Assembly: GCA_036172245.1 (NCBI GenBank)
Contig: JAYWIR010000148.1
Span: forward strand, 1-63,891
DNA length: 63,891 bases
Source: Raillietiella orientalis
Lineage: Eukaryota
Direction: 5' to 3'
Made by a program: the position numbers and the translations under genes. The notes under the pieces were generated by a model. That model was not told where the DNA came from, searched no databases, and saw only the letters and a list, made by a program, of their open reading frames with translations. Positions within the stretch are counted from its first letter, which is position 1. Every line of letters begins with the position of its first letter. Below are positions 1-12,610 of this stretch, piece after piece.

Positions 1-459
1 AACCAGATGGGCAATCCGCACGCCTGCTTCGGTCAGCCAGTCTCTCTGGAGGGCAAGGAAAAACTCTTTCCTCGCCCTCCTGTTCATCAGGTCCTTGCGG
101 CTCGGTGCGTACACGTTCGTGACGATCAGATTGATCGAGTCGGACCACCTGAGAGTCAGCTGGACGACACGACCGTGATCGTCGAACCGCACGCCCCGAG
201 CCGCGGCCTCGACGGCTGGCCGGAGCAGGTAGGCGACACCGCAACTTTTCGCTCTCCCACACCTGTACCATAGCCGCCCTCCGGTGATCTGTTCGATCTC
301 TTGCGCTTGTTCTGCAGAGATCACGTGGATCTCCTGCAGCAGCGCAAGGTCGTAGGACTCCAGAAGGGCGGCCATGTCTCGTCTCCTGCCGGCGTCTGTC
401 ATGCCGTTCACGTTCCAAACGGCGATGCGCAGACGACGGCGGGAGGAGATTCCCGGCAT
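1..459 (-). pseudogene. ORF2 N-terminus (APE endonuclease), partial
   Basis: TAATG at 457-461 (minus), MPGISSRRRLRIAVWNVNG, LLQEIHV, TNVYAP. Confidence 0.88.
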
Positions 460-473
460 TACTGCTGGGAAGA

Positions 474-2135
474 TTAAGGTGTGGGGGAGCCCTCCTCTTG
501 CGAGGCGGGCGGGATGTTCATGGGGGTTTCGTCCTTCTCAGGCACCTGAGGCACCAGTTCGGCCTCCACCCCCTCCATCCCCTCCGTGTCCGCGCGTGGG
601 AGTCTCTGGGTCGACGGGTCCCGAGAGTTTCCCACGCTCATGGCACCCTTGCTTGCGGAAGCCATCTCTTCCCCTTCGACGGGGGAGACGAGCTTCCTTG
701 GCTTTGTGGACTTACGTCCAGCCTTCTTGCGCGGTGCCGTGAAAACGGAGGCTGCGCTTCCGGCCTCCACCTCGGGGTCGGAAGTGGGGGACTCCTGAGG
801 GGAGGCCGGAGGCCTTACGGCCTTCTTGCCAGCCTTGGAGGGTTCTGGCTGCAACGAGGCTGCCAGCTCCTCCGCGGCTCGCGCGAAGGCTACGTCATCG
901 ATGGTGGTGTCGATGACGGACGCCGCCGCCGGCTCGCTCCCCTCGCTGTTGACTGTGTCAACAGAGGGGAGGTCGTCGGTAGCGGCGAGTTCTTTCCGGC
1001 AGCGTTCGGCAACATCGAGAACGCGTTCGACAACGACGCTGCACTCTTTAAATATCGCGCTACCCTGCTCTTTCTTCTTCTGTTCTTAGGCGATTTTCTT
1101 TTCCATCCTCCTCTGCTTCTATGATTTTTTGGCCGTTGCCACTTGCCACTTAGTCTCCTTGCCGGCTCCCTCAACTTTTTCGGCGTTGGTCGCCGGTGTC
1201 TCGGCTGCGGCCTTGGTCTTGGGCGCGGGTGGCACAGCCTTCGCGGCAGCTTTCGCCGCCAGCCTTTTCTGCAGAAGCCGGGCGCGTTTTCTAAGCTTTC
1301 TCTTGGAAACCACCCGCACTACTGCTTTTGGGCACACCTCCCTCGTGTGGCCCATTGTGCCGCATACTTGGCACTGCACATTGGGACACCTCTTTTTGAG
1401 GTGGCCCGACGTATTGCAGAAGCCACAGTATTTCGGCTTCCCCACATACCAGAGGTCGACGGTTTCGCCTTCGACCACCAGTTTGTGGGGAAGAGTGCAG
1501 CCCTCCCGAACGGTCACGCGCGCAGCAGTGAGGCCGTGTTGCAGCCCCGTGTAGTCCTCGAAAGGACTAACTTTCGTCCACTGCGCGTGGACCGTTCCAA
1601 ACTGTTCCAAAGCGGCGCGAACCTGTTCTTTGCGCATTCGCGCGGTCACGCCTAACAGGTGGACCACCATGCTGCGGTCCGCCGTAGTGGGGAGAAGCCT
1701 GCGCGTCCCCATCACAACGGGGGTTTTAAGCAGTCGTTGGGCCAGCTCTGCATGTTCTCAGATGACCTCAACGTACTGACCCCCGCTGCAGATGGTCATA
1801 GCGCTAAGCTCCTCCTCTTTCACATCGAGAGAGCGCATGCCGTTCGAGAAGGCGCGCGCGCTCTCTAAAGAATATAAATTGCTTACCTTGTAGAACAATG
1901 AGGGGTTGTACCCCTCCTCCACATAGGCCGACAATTCCGCCGCGGCTGCTGGCGATGGCGCCGACACAACGGCGCTCCACGCCCGCGCTGCAGCAAGGAC
2001 CGATTCTGTGAGGGCGGATGCCACCACCTCCATCGCCTCTGGGGGTGACGTTTCCGCCGCCCCCGGGCTCTCCATCGCCTCTGGGGGCGGGGTTGCCGCT
2101 GCCCCCTGGCCATTCCTGGTGGTCGCGTCAGGCAT
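474..2135 (-). pseudogene. ORF1 (gag-like, two CCHC knuckles), disrupted
   Basis: ORF pieces 1758..2285, 1119..1715 and 474..854 join into one ORF1 homologous to 4515..6167, with a stop and frameshifts. Confidence 0.88.
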
Positions 2136-2228
2136 CGCTGCCTGATCGACCACCGAACCACACGACGCTTGCACTGGGGGAGACTTCCTGGCACGAGGAG
2201 CACCGAGAAAACACGTCCACCCTAGAGC

Positions 2229-4336
2229 GCACAAGGCGTTCGACTGTGTACACCAGGATCTCCTCCTAGAGCTCCTGAGTCGCATGGGCTTCCGACCCTC
2301 CTTGATTCCCTACCTGCGCTCTTGCTGGCGGAACGCGATAATTTCGATTTCTTTCAGCAGTCAAAAGGTGTATAACGTGCCGGTGCGGCGAGGCATACGG
2401 CAAGGCGATAGTCTAAGTTCCCTGCTCTTTAGCACCTACTTTCAGTTGGAGCTGAGAGCGTACAGAGTGATTTTGTCCCCCATGACGAGCTCATGTCCCG
2501 GCACGCCCGCCGTAAGTGTTTATGGTTACGTTTTGCTGCTCTTGTTACCTATGTGCACCCCGGCGAAGGAGGTCGGAGATTTCTTCGACCTCCTCAACCG
2601 CGGGACCGGACTGCAGGTGAACAGGGCGAAGTCGTCGGTGGTGCCAGTTGGTGCGGCGTGGGCAGGGCAGCAGGACTGGGTCCGTTTTGGGCCCTCCATG
2701 GGAGGTGCATCGAGTACCTTGGTGTGCCGTTGAAGGACTTCTCCCCTGCGGAAGCGTGGTCGAGCTGCGTGCAAAAAGTCGAGACGGCGATCGGCCCGTT
2801 CCTGGAAGGCAAGTTTCACTTGCCGGAAGGGGCCGCGGTTTGCAACGCCTTTGTGGCCTTCATCCTCCGCCTCTGCCTTTTTGTTTGCCCTGCCCCAGGA
2901 GTTTTTAAAAAGAGGGCGAAGGATCTCTTCCGCATCGCCATTTGGGGCGAGGGGAAGCCCCGAGTCCCTTTGAAGGACCTTTGCGTTCCTCGTCCGGCCG
3001 GCAGACTTAGCCTCTTTACGCTGGAACGCCTGGAGAAACAGCTGCCATGGCATATTCTCGCCAACGCTGCGAAAATGTGGAGCACCTTGTGGTGGATTCC
3101 GGCTCGCCATCTACCCAGTCTTGTGTCCTGGTGCGAGGGACTTGCGTCTTTTCTTCTGTGCCCTGGTGGGAAAATCAGAAGATGCGGCCTCTAGCACGGG
3201 CGCATGGCATCGTTGGCCATAGAGAACAGCTGGATGGTTTGCTGCCCCGATAACTCTTCCGCCTGGCTGAAGGAGAACATCGGAACGTGGGAAGTGGTGA
3301 ATGAGAGAAGCCACGTAACGTGGAATCGTCTCCGATGCAGCCCCTACGCCTCCTGTACTCTGAGAAATCTCCTAGAGAATCCAGCTAGGAGCACGTGGGC
3401 GGAGACAACCTGCCTGGTTACGGCGCTGCCCTTCCTAAGAAGGGCGCTTCATAGCAGTCGGACGCTAAGGTAACAAGTCTCCTGCTGCATCGAAGGACGC
3501 GAGAAGTTGATCAGGGGCTGGACAACAGGAGAACTGGCCGACGCCACGACCCCGAGCGTCCAGCCGCGAGGACTAAGAAGATGGGGCGAGCTGCTGGCCA
3601 TCCCTATTGATGTGATGAAGTGGCCTCCGCTTCTTCAGGAATCCAGGATCCTGCCCCTTAAGTGGAAAGAGTCGGCGTTGCTGTTGTTGCATTGGGGTTT
3701 ACCCTGCAACGCACGCCGCTCTCACTGGACAATAGAAGTTGTGGATCCTGCGTGTGTTAGGTGCGGAGAGCGGGAATCGCTCTCTCACCTTATTGTGGAC
3801 TGTGCTTCCCTTCGTCCCCTTTGCGAACGGTTGGGACGATCCTCGATCTCCCTACGGGCAGTTCCCCTAGAGACGTTCTTCAACCCCTCTTCGTGAAGGA
3901 CGCCCTGCAGCTAGCCGCAGCCCTTGCAGCCTTGTGCGGCGTCCGAGGCATCGTGGCGGTATGGAGCGACACCAACACGGAAAAGTTGGTCAACACGCGA
4001 TTGATGTCATCCAATATGCCCAACGCTTCTTGCAGAGAGCTGCTGGATGGCCCCGACTGAGGAACATACGGATGGACCTCGAGGGCTTTCTTCAACGAAT
4101 GGGCCCTCCTCTGGGAGAACAGAGATTCCTTCCCTGCTCTCCAACCTCTTTTGTTTGTTTGGGTTTTCATTTTCACTTTTGTTTTTTTCTCATCCCCTTT
4201 CGTTGCCGGAAAATGCCACGCCGGGCTCCGTCCCGGCGTCGCGGTAGGTCCCGTGCATAAGGCCGTGAGCGGGGACTGGTACCGCAATTGTAGAGCTTTT
4301 TATTGATAAACGCACCGGGTGTTCCCGGGTGGCAAC
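2229..4336 (+). mobile_element. Family C element, 3' part (RT from HKAFD, CCHC finger, 3'UTR)
   Basis: HKAFDCV, RGIRQGDSLS, YLGVPL, CVRCGERESLSHLIVDC, T-rich 3'UTR, ATAAA plus hairpin ending GGTGGCAAC. Confidence 0.9.
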
Positions 4337-4414
4337 TTCAAATCCCCGTGACAAGAGGTGCAAGGGGAACTCCTCGCAAAACTCGAGGACCGAGGCCTTA
4401 AAAAGGTCCCAATC
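4337..4414 (-). mobile_element. 78-bp ORF2 fragment of the host element that continues at 21138
   Basis: Reverse complement reads DWDLFKASVLEFCEEFPLHLLSRGFE, contiguous with GVTLQSLY at 21138-21162. Confidence 0.85.
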
Positions 4415-4437
4415 AGCGAAATTGCGGAGCGTCGAGC

Positions 4438-4444
4438 GGACGTG
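4438..4444 (+). promoter_or_regulatory. Conserved 5'UTR motif RGACGTG (DPE-like candidate internal promoter element); representative copy
   Basis: Present exactly or with small changes near all 12 element 5' ends. Confidence 0.5.
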
Positions 4445-4514
4445 TCTTTTCGTTGCTCCTGAGTCTCATTTCCGTTAGTGCTTGTGCGTGGAGTGGGTGG
4501 AGGATTAGGCACCA

Positions 4515-6167
4515 ATGCCTGATACCACCACCGGTGAGGATCCGGTGGCGATGACCTCATTGCCCCCGAAGGAGATGGAGGTGGGGGCTCCCGCATCATT
4601 GGAGGCTCCCGCCAGCACAAATGCGCCCCCGGCCCTACCCAGGGCTTGGAACGTCGTTGCTGCGGCACCTACGCCAGCGGCTATGGCGGAAATACGCGCT
4701 AACCTGGAGGAGGGGTATAACCCACCCCTTCTATATAAGGTAGGCGGTTTATATTCTCCCGAGAATGCGCGCGCCTTTTCGCAGGCGATGCGCGTTCTCG
4801 GTGTACTAAAAGAGGAGCTTCTGGCTATGTCAGTCAGAAGCGGGGGTCAATTTGTGGAAGTTATCTGCAAGGAGGCAACTCTTGCGCAGAGACTTCTGCA
4901 AATCCGCGTAATTATGGGCAGCTGCAGGCTTCTCCTAATTACTGAAGAACGGTCAGTGATCATTCACCTGACCGGTATCAAGTTCCGGATGACCAAGAAG
5001 GCCGTCCGGAACGAATTAGAAAAATTTGCAGCTGTCCACGCGCTGTGGGGAAACCCTACACCTTTTGTCGATTACGACGGGGTTCTTGGCGGCCTGGGTG
5101 CAGCGTCAGTGACGGTTTGCGAGGGATTTGAGTTTCCCCACAAGTTCACCGTCAACGGTGAATCCGCTGACGTGTGGTACGTGGGGAAACCCAAGTTTTG
5201 CGGCTGCTGCAGCAGCTTTGCTCACCTTAAAATGAGGTTTCCGTGCGTGCAGTGCCAGCAATGCAAACAAGCGGGGCACACCCGTCTGGTGTGCCCCCAA
5301 AACACAGTCCGCGTCGTGTCCGCGAAAAACGCGAGAAAGCGCGCGGATAAAAACAGAAAGAAGCTGGAAGCTCGTGCTGCTTTCAAGGAGGACACCTCCG
5401 TCACCAAGACGAAGGCCAGCTTCGAGACCCCGGCGAAAAACGCCGAAAAGGTCGAGGGCGAGGGTCAAGAGCCAGGGTGGCAGAAGGTCGACCCCAAGAA
5501 AAACTCCCATAAGAAGGGAAAGAACGTGGCGAAACGGAGCGAAACCGCTCTGCGCCGCGAAAAAATTAAAAGCTGCTGCGTCGTTGTAGAGCGGATTCCC
5601 GCCATCGACGAATGCGGCGCTAAAGAACTCGCTGCTGCCCCTGCTCAACCCTCCGTTTACAAAGTCAACAAGGAGGGGAGCGAGGCGGCGGCGTCCGTCA
5701 TCGAGCCCACGCTCGATGACGTCGCCTTCGAGCGCGCCGCGGAGGAGCTGGCTGCCTCGTTGCAGCCGGTTGCCCCCAAGGCTGGCAAGAAGGCCGTCAG
5801 GCGTCCGGCTTCCCCTCAGGAGTCGGCCACTTCCGATCCCGAGGTGAAGGCCGGAAACACAGCATCCATCTCCGCGGCACCCCGCAAAAAGGCAGGACGA
5901 AAGTCCACAATGCCCCGGAAGATCGTCTCCCCCGACGAAGGGGAAGAGATGGCTTCCGGTCGCGAGGGTGCCATGAGCGTGGGAAACTCCCGGGACCCGT
6001 CGCCCGAGAGAATTCCACGCTCGGACACGGAGGGGATGGTGAGGATGGAGGCCGAACAGGTACCCCAGGCGCCTGAAGAGGCCTCCGTCCTCGTTCCGAT
6101 GGTCCTCGTACCGATGGACCTTTCGTACACCTGCCCCGCGGCAGGTGCCGCGACGCCACTTTCCTAG
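4515..6167 (+). CDS. ORF1 nucleic-acid-binding protein (550 aa), zinc-knuckle region, low-complexity C-terminus
   Basis: Open frame; WYVGKPKFCGCCSSFAH and CQQCKQAGHTRLVC; the stop is 2 codons earlier than in the sister copy (CAG to TAG). Confidence 0.88.
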   Translation: MPDTTTGEDPVAMTSLPPKEMEVGAPASLEAPASTNAPPALPRAWNVVAAAPTPAAMAEIRANLEEGYNPPLLYKVGGLYSPENARAFSQAMRVLGVLKEELLAMSVRSGGQFVEVICKEATLAQRLLQIRVIMGSCRLLLITEERSVIIHLTGIKFRMTKKAVRNELEKFAAVHALWGNPTPFVDYDGVLGGLGAASVTVCEGFEFPHKFTVNGESADVWYVGKPKFCGCCSSFAHLKMRFPCVQCQQCKQAGHTRLVCPQNTVRVVSAKNARKRADKNRKKLEARAAFKEDTSVTKTKASFETPAKNAEKVEGEGQEPGWQKVDPKKNSHKKGKNVAKRSETALRREKIKSCCVVVERIPAIDECGAKELAAAPAQPSVYKVNKEGSEAAASVIEPTLDDVAFERAAEELAASLQPVAPKAGKKAVRRPASPQESATSDPEVKAGNTASISAAPRKKAGRKSTMPRKIVSPDEGEEMASGREGAMSVGNSRDPSPERIPRSDTEGMVRMEAEQVPQAPEEASVLVPMVLVPMDLSYTCPAAGAATPLS

Positions 6168-6172
6168 CCATA

Positions 6173-9100
6173 ATGCCGGGAATCGCCTCTCGCCGTCGTC
6201 TTCTGATCGCCTGTTGGAACGTGAACGGGCTAAGCGACGACGGCAAGAAACGTGACGTGGCCGCCACCCTGGCATCCTTCGACCTGGTGCTGCTGCAGGA
6301 GATCCACGTGATCTCCGCAGATCAAGCCCGGGAGATCGAACGGATCTCGGGTGGGCGGCTGTTGTGGCGTTGCGGCACCGCGAAATCAAGCGGTGTCGCC
6401 TTCCTGCTTCGGCCAGCCATCGAGACCGCAATAAAGGACGTTCGGTTCGATGACGCAGGTCGCTTCGGTCAGCTGACTCTCAGCTGGTCCGACTCTATCG
6501 ACCTGGTCGTCACCAACCTATACGCTCCTAGCGGAAACAACGCGTTGAGGGCGAAGGCAAGAAGGGAATTCTACCTTGCCCTGAGACGCGATTGGCTGAC
6601 CGATGCAGGAGTTCGCAAAGCGCACCTGATCGCAGGTGATTTCAACCTGCGCCTGCTTTCAGGTGCGCCGGATACACTGAACGACCGCGTCAACGAGTTG
6701 TGCGCAGAAATGAACCCGCGCAACTTGTTGGCCGGGTACACGGCCATGGAAAGCAGCATCGATCACGTGTACCTTGATCAGCACCTATGCTCTCGGGTGG
6801 GCAGGCGCGGCAAGGTACCATCCGAGCTGTCGGACCATGGTCGGATCATGTTCGAAGTGCGTCCGCGCGACAAGGGCCCCCCCTCGTCAGCGTGGCGTCT
6901 GCCAGGGGACTGGTTGAAGTTTCCCGACGCGGCGGAGCACCTCCGCGCGTTTATTCGGAGCTTCAGGATGCAGACACTTCAGGACTGGGACCGCTTCAAG
7001 CGGTCGGTCCAGGAGTTCTGCGACCAGTTCCCCCTGCATCGCCTACCTGCGGGATTTGGGGAGGGGCCGCGTAACGAAAGGTGCTATCTTCAGGCCCGAC
7101 GTTACGCGAGAACCCCCGACATGCGCAGGTTAGCAGAGTATCGAGCGGGAGCCAAGAGGCAAGCCTGGCAATCCCGGTCGGCTAGCTTGCTGGACGACCA
7201 GGGCCGGGAGCACTCGGCTCCTGCTCAGGAGCGCGGCATTGTGAAGAAATTTTACTCCTCCCTGTATGCCAGGGCGCCTCCGGAGCGAGACATCTCACGA
7301 CTTCTGCTTCCGGAAGGTGCTCCAGCGATCGGGGAGGAGGAGAAAAGAAGCCTCGACGAGCCTTTCACGATGGACGAGATCCTCTCGGCCATCGGAAAGC
7401 TCAAGAGGCGGAAGGCTCCAGGGGAGGACGGCCTGCCCGCGGAGTTTTACCAAACTTTCGCGGCTGAGCTTACTCCCCTGGTACATCAGCTCACCTTGCT
7501 GATCCGTGAAACAGGTGACGTTCCCACCTCGTTTCGTTCAGCAAAGGTGCGGCTCCTCCCGAAGGGAGGAGACCTAAGGAGCATGAACAACTGACGTCCC
7601 ATCACAATAGTGAATTCGGACGCCAAGTTGATAGCCAAGATGTAAGCAGAGCGTCAGGGACGTGTTGCCAGCATCTTCATCAGCCCGGAACAGACTTATC
7701 CTGTTCCCGGGCGGAGCATGGAGGCGAACCTGTTCCACGCTTCCACATGGTTAGAGCTCTAACAAGGAATGGGATTATTGAGCAGCCGGAATTCCGGTGC
7801 GTCTGTTGGCGGGAGACGGAACGGTCGGGTAAGGAAGGGAGCCCTTGCGGTCGCTGTCGACTTGCGTAAAGCATTCGACAGCGTCGACCAGAATCTCCTG
7901 CTGGAGCTTCTGGAACGCTTGGGCTTCCCGGCCTCTTTGTTGGCCTACCTGCGCTCCAGCTGGCGCGACGCGCTCATTAATGTTCTTTTCAGCGGACAAA
8001 CCGTGCACGGAGTAGCGGTGCGACGCGGCATACGGCAGGGAGACAGTCTGAGTCCCTTCCTATTCAGTACCTACTTCGAGTTGGTACTGAGAGCGTACAG
8101 GGAGACTCTGGCGCACCTGTCGAGCGATTGTCCCGGTACGCCTGCGGTTTGGGCATACGCGGACGATCTTCTGCTGCTGCTGCCTATGTACACCCCGTCT
8201 TCGGCGGTCGAGGAGTTCTTCGACCTGCTGCATCGGGGAACCGGACTTATGGTGGACAGGGCGAAGTCATCCGTAAGGCCAGTAGGAGCGGCGTGGGCTG
8301 GGCAGCAGGACTGGGTCCGTTTGGGGATCCCCACGGTGAGGTACTTCAAGTACCTTGGTGTGCCGTTGGGGGACTATTCCCCTGTAAAAGCGTGGTCCGG
8401 CTGCCTTCAGAAGGCTTATGCGGCGATCGGTCCGTTTCAGGACGGCAGGTTCTTCCTGCATGAACGGGCCGCGGCGTGGAACGCGTTTGTGGCCCACCTC
8501 CTTCGCCCCTTGCTTTTTGTTTGCCCCCCCTGAGCAGAGTCAAAGAAGGGGACGAAGGACCTCCTGAGGATCGCCCTTTGGGGCAGAGGGAGGCCCCGAG
8601 TCCGTCTTTCCGACTTGTGCGCTCCTTGTCTGGATTGTGGTCTGGGCCTTTTGACGTTGGAACGGCTGGAGTTACAGCTCCAGTTCCGAGTTGTTCCCTT
8701 TATGGCAGAAAATTGCGGCACCCCTGGGTGCCTCCTTGCACGTCTCCTCGTCGAGCGGGCCACCGGCAATGCGAAACTCTCGTCCTACATTGCACTCCGA
8801 AGCTTCATCTGCCACTGCGGACTTCAACTTCGGAGGGCGGCCAAGCTCGTGAAGAACAACTCGGCGCGGATCCTCGTACGCCCCGCGAACGATCCTGCCT
8901 GGTTGCAGGAAACCGTACGCATGTGGGCGATGATTCAGGAGCAGAGCCCGCAACACGAGTGAATAGCTCTGTTCGGGCCGCATGCCCACCGCACGCTCCG
9001 AGAAATCGTCGAGAATCCCCGAAGGAGAGCGTGGGCACAAAGAACCTCCCTTGCTGCGGTACTGCCTACCCTACGGGAACATCTGAGCAGCGACGTCGCG

Positions 9101-9754
9101 GCACAATGTGAGGTTACTGTCAAGATCGCCAGCAGAGCAAAGAAGATCGGGGATTAGAGAACGGGTCAGATCATTAACGCTGCGACCCCGAGGACCACCC
9201 CAAATGGACTGTTGCGCTGGGGAGAGCTACTGGATGTTCCAGAGGAACATCTCGAGTGGCCGCCGGTGCTCATGGAATCGCTCACCCTCCCCATGAAGTG
9301 GCAACAGTCGGCACTGCTTGTGATGCATTGGGGGCTTCCTTGCAACGCCCGCCGACACCACTGGACGCGGGGGTGTGTCAACCCTAATTGTGTCAGGTGC
9401 GGGGAGAGGGAATACCTCCTCCACCTGTTAGTGGATTCTTTTGCCCTCCGTGTTTTGTGGGAACGCTTTGCCGCAGCCCTGGGGATCCACGGAGGCAACC
9501 CTAGAGACGCTTTGCATACCCTTCTCGTCCGTGACGCCCTGCCTTCAGCGGCCTCGCTTTCAGCCCTGTGCTGCCTACGCGGGATCGTCGTAGCATGGAG
9601 TAAAGCAACGGGAGGATCCAGCGACACGAATGCCAACGTGTATGCCGCCCGTTTCCTCAGGATGGCGACGCGATGGCCCCTTCTGGAACCACACACGCAG
9701 AAACAGCTTGCCGGCTTTCTCCATAGGACGACGGTCCCTCCCAGAAGACTGTGA
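6173..9754 (+). pseudogene. ORF2: APE endonuclease + reverse transcriptase + C-terminal CCHC finger, several stops and a frameshift
   Basis: WNVNG, LQEIH, NLYAP, GDFN, SIDH, SDH; KAPGEDG, RPIT, KAFD, RQGDSLSP, YADD, KYLG; CVRCGEREYLLHLLVDS. Confidence 0.93.
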
Positions 9755-9822
9755 TTCCTTCCCGCTCCCTCCCTGATTTTTGTTTATTTCTTGTTTTCTT
9801 TTTGTTTCGTTCCTTCTCCCCT

Positions 9823-9966
9823 CTGCTGCAGAGGTCGACCGCGCGGGTCTGCGCACCGGTAGCCCGGCAAGCTATATTTTTCCAGGACGTGGATGGACTA
9901 CTGGTCCAGTCACAGATTGTATAGGTTTATTCGTGAGAATTAACGTCCCGGCGCACCCGAGTTTCA
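9823..9966 (+). other. Structured 3'UTR and terminal stem-loop; representative copy
   Basis: Stems are preserved with compensatory changes among families. Confidence 0.7.
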
Positions 9967-12610
9967 AGCGAGATTACAGAGCGTCGAGCGGACGTGTCTT
10001 TTCGTTGCTCCTGAGTTTCCTTTCCGTTGGTGCTTGTGCGTGATGTGGGTGGAGGATTAGGCAGCAATGCCTGATACCACCACCGGTAAGGATCCGGGAT
10101 CGATGACCTCATTGCCCCCGGAGGAGATGGAGTTGGGTGCTCCCGCATCAGTGGAGGCTCCCGCCAGCACGGATGCGCCCTCGGCCCTACCCAGGACTCG
10201 GAACGCCGTGGCTGCGGCACCTACGCCAGCGGCTATGGCGGAAATGCGCGCTTACTTGAAGAAGGGGTATAACCCACCCCTTCTATATGAGGTAAGCGGT
10301 TTACATTCTCCCGGGAACGCGCGCGCCTTTTCGCAGGCGATGCGCGTTCTCGGTGTACAAAAAGAGGAGCTTCTGGCTATGTCCGTCTGAAGCGGGGGTC
10401 AATTTGTGGAAGTTATCTGCAAGGAGGCAACTCTTGCGCAGAGACTTCTGCGAACCCCCATAATTATGGGCAGCCGGAGGCTTCTCCTAATTACTGAAGA
10501 CCGGTCGGTGATCATTCACCTGACCGGTATCACGTTCCGGATCACGAACGAGGCCGTCCGGAACGAATTCGAAAAATTTGCAACTGTCCACGCCCTGTGG
10601 GGTAAGCCTCCTTCTTTTGTTGATTACGACGGGGTGCCTGGCGGCCTGGGTGCTGCGCGAGTGACGGTTCGCGAGGGATGTGTTTCCCCACAAACTCACC
10701 GTCAACGGTGAATCTGTTGACGTGTGGTACGTGGGGAAACCCAAGTTTTGCGTCTGCTGCAGCATCTTTGGTAACCTCAAAATGAGGTTTCCGTGCGTGC
10801 AGTGCCAGCAATGCAAACAAGCGGGACACACCCGTCTGGTGTGCCCCCAAAACACAGTCCGCGTCGTGTCCGCGAAAAACGCGAGAAAGCGCGCGGATAA
10901 AAACAGAAAGAAGCTGGAAGCTCGTGCTGCTTTCAAGGAGGACACCTCCGTCACCAAGACGAAGGCCAGCTTCGAGACCCCGGCGAAAAACGCCGAAAAG
11001 GTCGAGGGCGAGGGTCAAGAGCCAGGGTGGCAGAAGGTCGACCCCAAGAAAAACTCCCATAAGGAGGGAAAGAACGTGGCGAAACGGAGCGAAACCGCTC
11101 TGTGCCGCGAAAAAATTAAAAGCTGCTGCGTCGTTGTAGAGCGGATTCGCGTCATCGACGAATGCGGCGCTAAACAACTCGCTGCTGCCCCTGCTCAACC
11201 CTGCGTTTACAAAGTCAACAAGGAGGGGAGCGAGGCGGCGGCGTCCGTCATCGAACCCACGCTCGATCACGTCGCCTTCGAGCGCGCCCCGAAGGAGCTG
11301 GCTGCCTCGTTGCAGCCGGTTGTCCCCAAGGATAGCAAGAAGGCCGCAAGGCGTCCGGCTCCCCCTCAGGAGTCGGCCACTTCGGACCCCGAGGTGAAGG
11401 CCGGAAACACAGCATCCACCTCCGCGGCAGCCCGCAAAAAGGCAGGACGAAAGTCCACAATGCCCCGCAAGATCGTCTCCCCCGACGAAGGGGAAGAGAT
11501 GGCTTCCGGTCGCGAGGGTGCCATGAGCGTGGGAAACTCCCGGCACCCGTCGCCCGAGAGAATTCCACGCTCGGACACGGAGGGGATGGTGAGGATGGAA
11601 GCCGAACAGCTACCCCAGGCGCCTGAAGAGGCCTTCGTCCTCGTTCCGATGGTCCTCGTACCGATGGACCTTTCCTACACATGCCCCGCGGGAGGTGCCG
11701 CGACGCCACTTTCCCAGCCATAATGCCGGGGATCGTTTCTCGCCGTCCTCTTCTGATCGCCTGTTGAAACGTGAACGGGCTAAGCGACGACGGCAAGAAG
11801 CGTGACGCGACCGCCACCCTGGCATCCTTCGACCTGGTGCTGCTGCAGGAGATCCACGTTATCTCCGCAGATCAAGCCCGGGAGATCGAACGGGTCTCGG
11901 GAGGGCGGCTGTTGTGGCGTTGCGGCACCGAGAAATTAAGCGGTGTCGCCTTCCTGCTTCGGCAAGCCATCGAGACCGCAATAAAGGACGTTCAGTTGGA
12001 TGACGCAGGTCGCGTCGGTCAGCTGACTCTCAGCTGGTCCGACTCTATCGACCTGTTCGCCACCAACCTATACGCTCCTAGCGGAAACGCCGCGTTGAGG
12101 GCGAAGGCAAGAAGAAAGTTCTCCCTTGCCCTGAGATGCGATTGGCTGACCGATGCAGGAGTTCGCAAAGCGCACCTGATCGCTGGTGATTTCAACTTCT
12201 TCCTGCTTTCAGGTGCGTCGGATACAGTGAACGACCGCTTCAACGAGTTGTGCGCAGAAATGCACACGCGCAAATTGTTGGCCGGGGACAAGGCCATGGA
12301 AAGCAGCATCGATCACGTGTACCTCGAGCAGCACCTATGCTCTCGGGTGGGCAGGCGCGGCAAGGTGCCATCCGAGCTGTCGGACCATGGTCGGATCATG
12401 TTCGAAGTTCGTTTACGCGACAAGGGCGCCCCCTCGTCAGCGTGGCGTCTGACAGGGGACTGGCTGAAGTTTCCCGACGCGGCGGAGCACCTCCACGCGT
12501 TTATTTGGAGCTTCAGGATGCAGACACTTCAGGACTGTGACCGCTTCAAGCGGTCGGTCCAGGAGTTGTGCGACCAGTTCCCCCTGCATCGCCTACCTGC
12601 GGGATTTTGG

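Larger units (their letters stand above)
1..2228 (-). mobile_element. L1/Tx1-like non-LTR retrotransposon, family A, 5' part (5'UTR, ORF1, start of ORF2); continues beyond window start
   Basis: 5'UTR with GGACGTG motif at about 2212-2218; ORF1 MPDATT... with CGFCNTSGHLKKRC / CQVCGTMGHTREVC knuckles; APE start WNVNG...LLQEIH; close paralog of 42907-46459. Confidence 0.93.
4415..9966 (+). mobile_element. Family B element, full length (about 5.55 kb), best-preserved copy
   Basis: 5'UTR, open ORF1, ORF2 with APE-RT-CCHC, structured 3'UTR and terminal hairpin. Confidence 0.95.

Noticed and set aside
4415..4515. HDV-like ribozyme at element 5' ends (as in R2 and L1Tc)
   Set aside because: The 5'UTRs are about 100 nt and T/G-rich, and I could not fit the nested double pseudoknot.
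5106..6431. 441-aa minus-strand ORF (and 10542..11546)
   Set aside because: Antisense to ORF1 in GC-rich sequence; its recurrence reflects near-identity of the two B copies.
6173..9754. Prokaryotic RT system (group II intron, retron, DGR) suggested by YADD
   Set aside because: N-terminal APE, a CCHC ORF1, TSDs and AATAAA identify a eukaryotic LINE.
4415..12610. Long direct repeat that could be read as LTRs or a segmental duplication
   Set aside because: These are two whole non-LTR copies in tandem; no integrase, protease, PBS or TG...CA ends.
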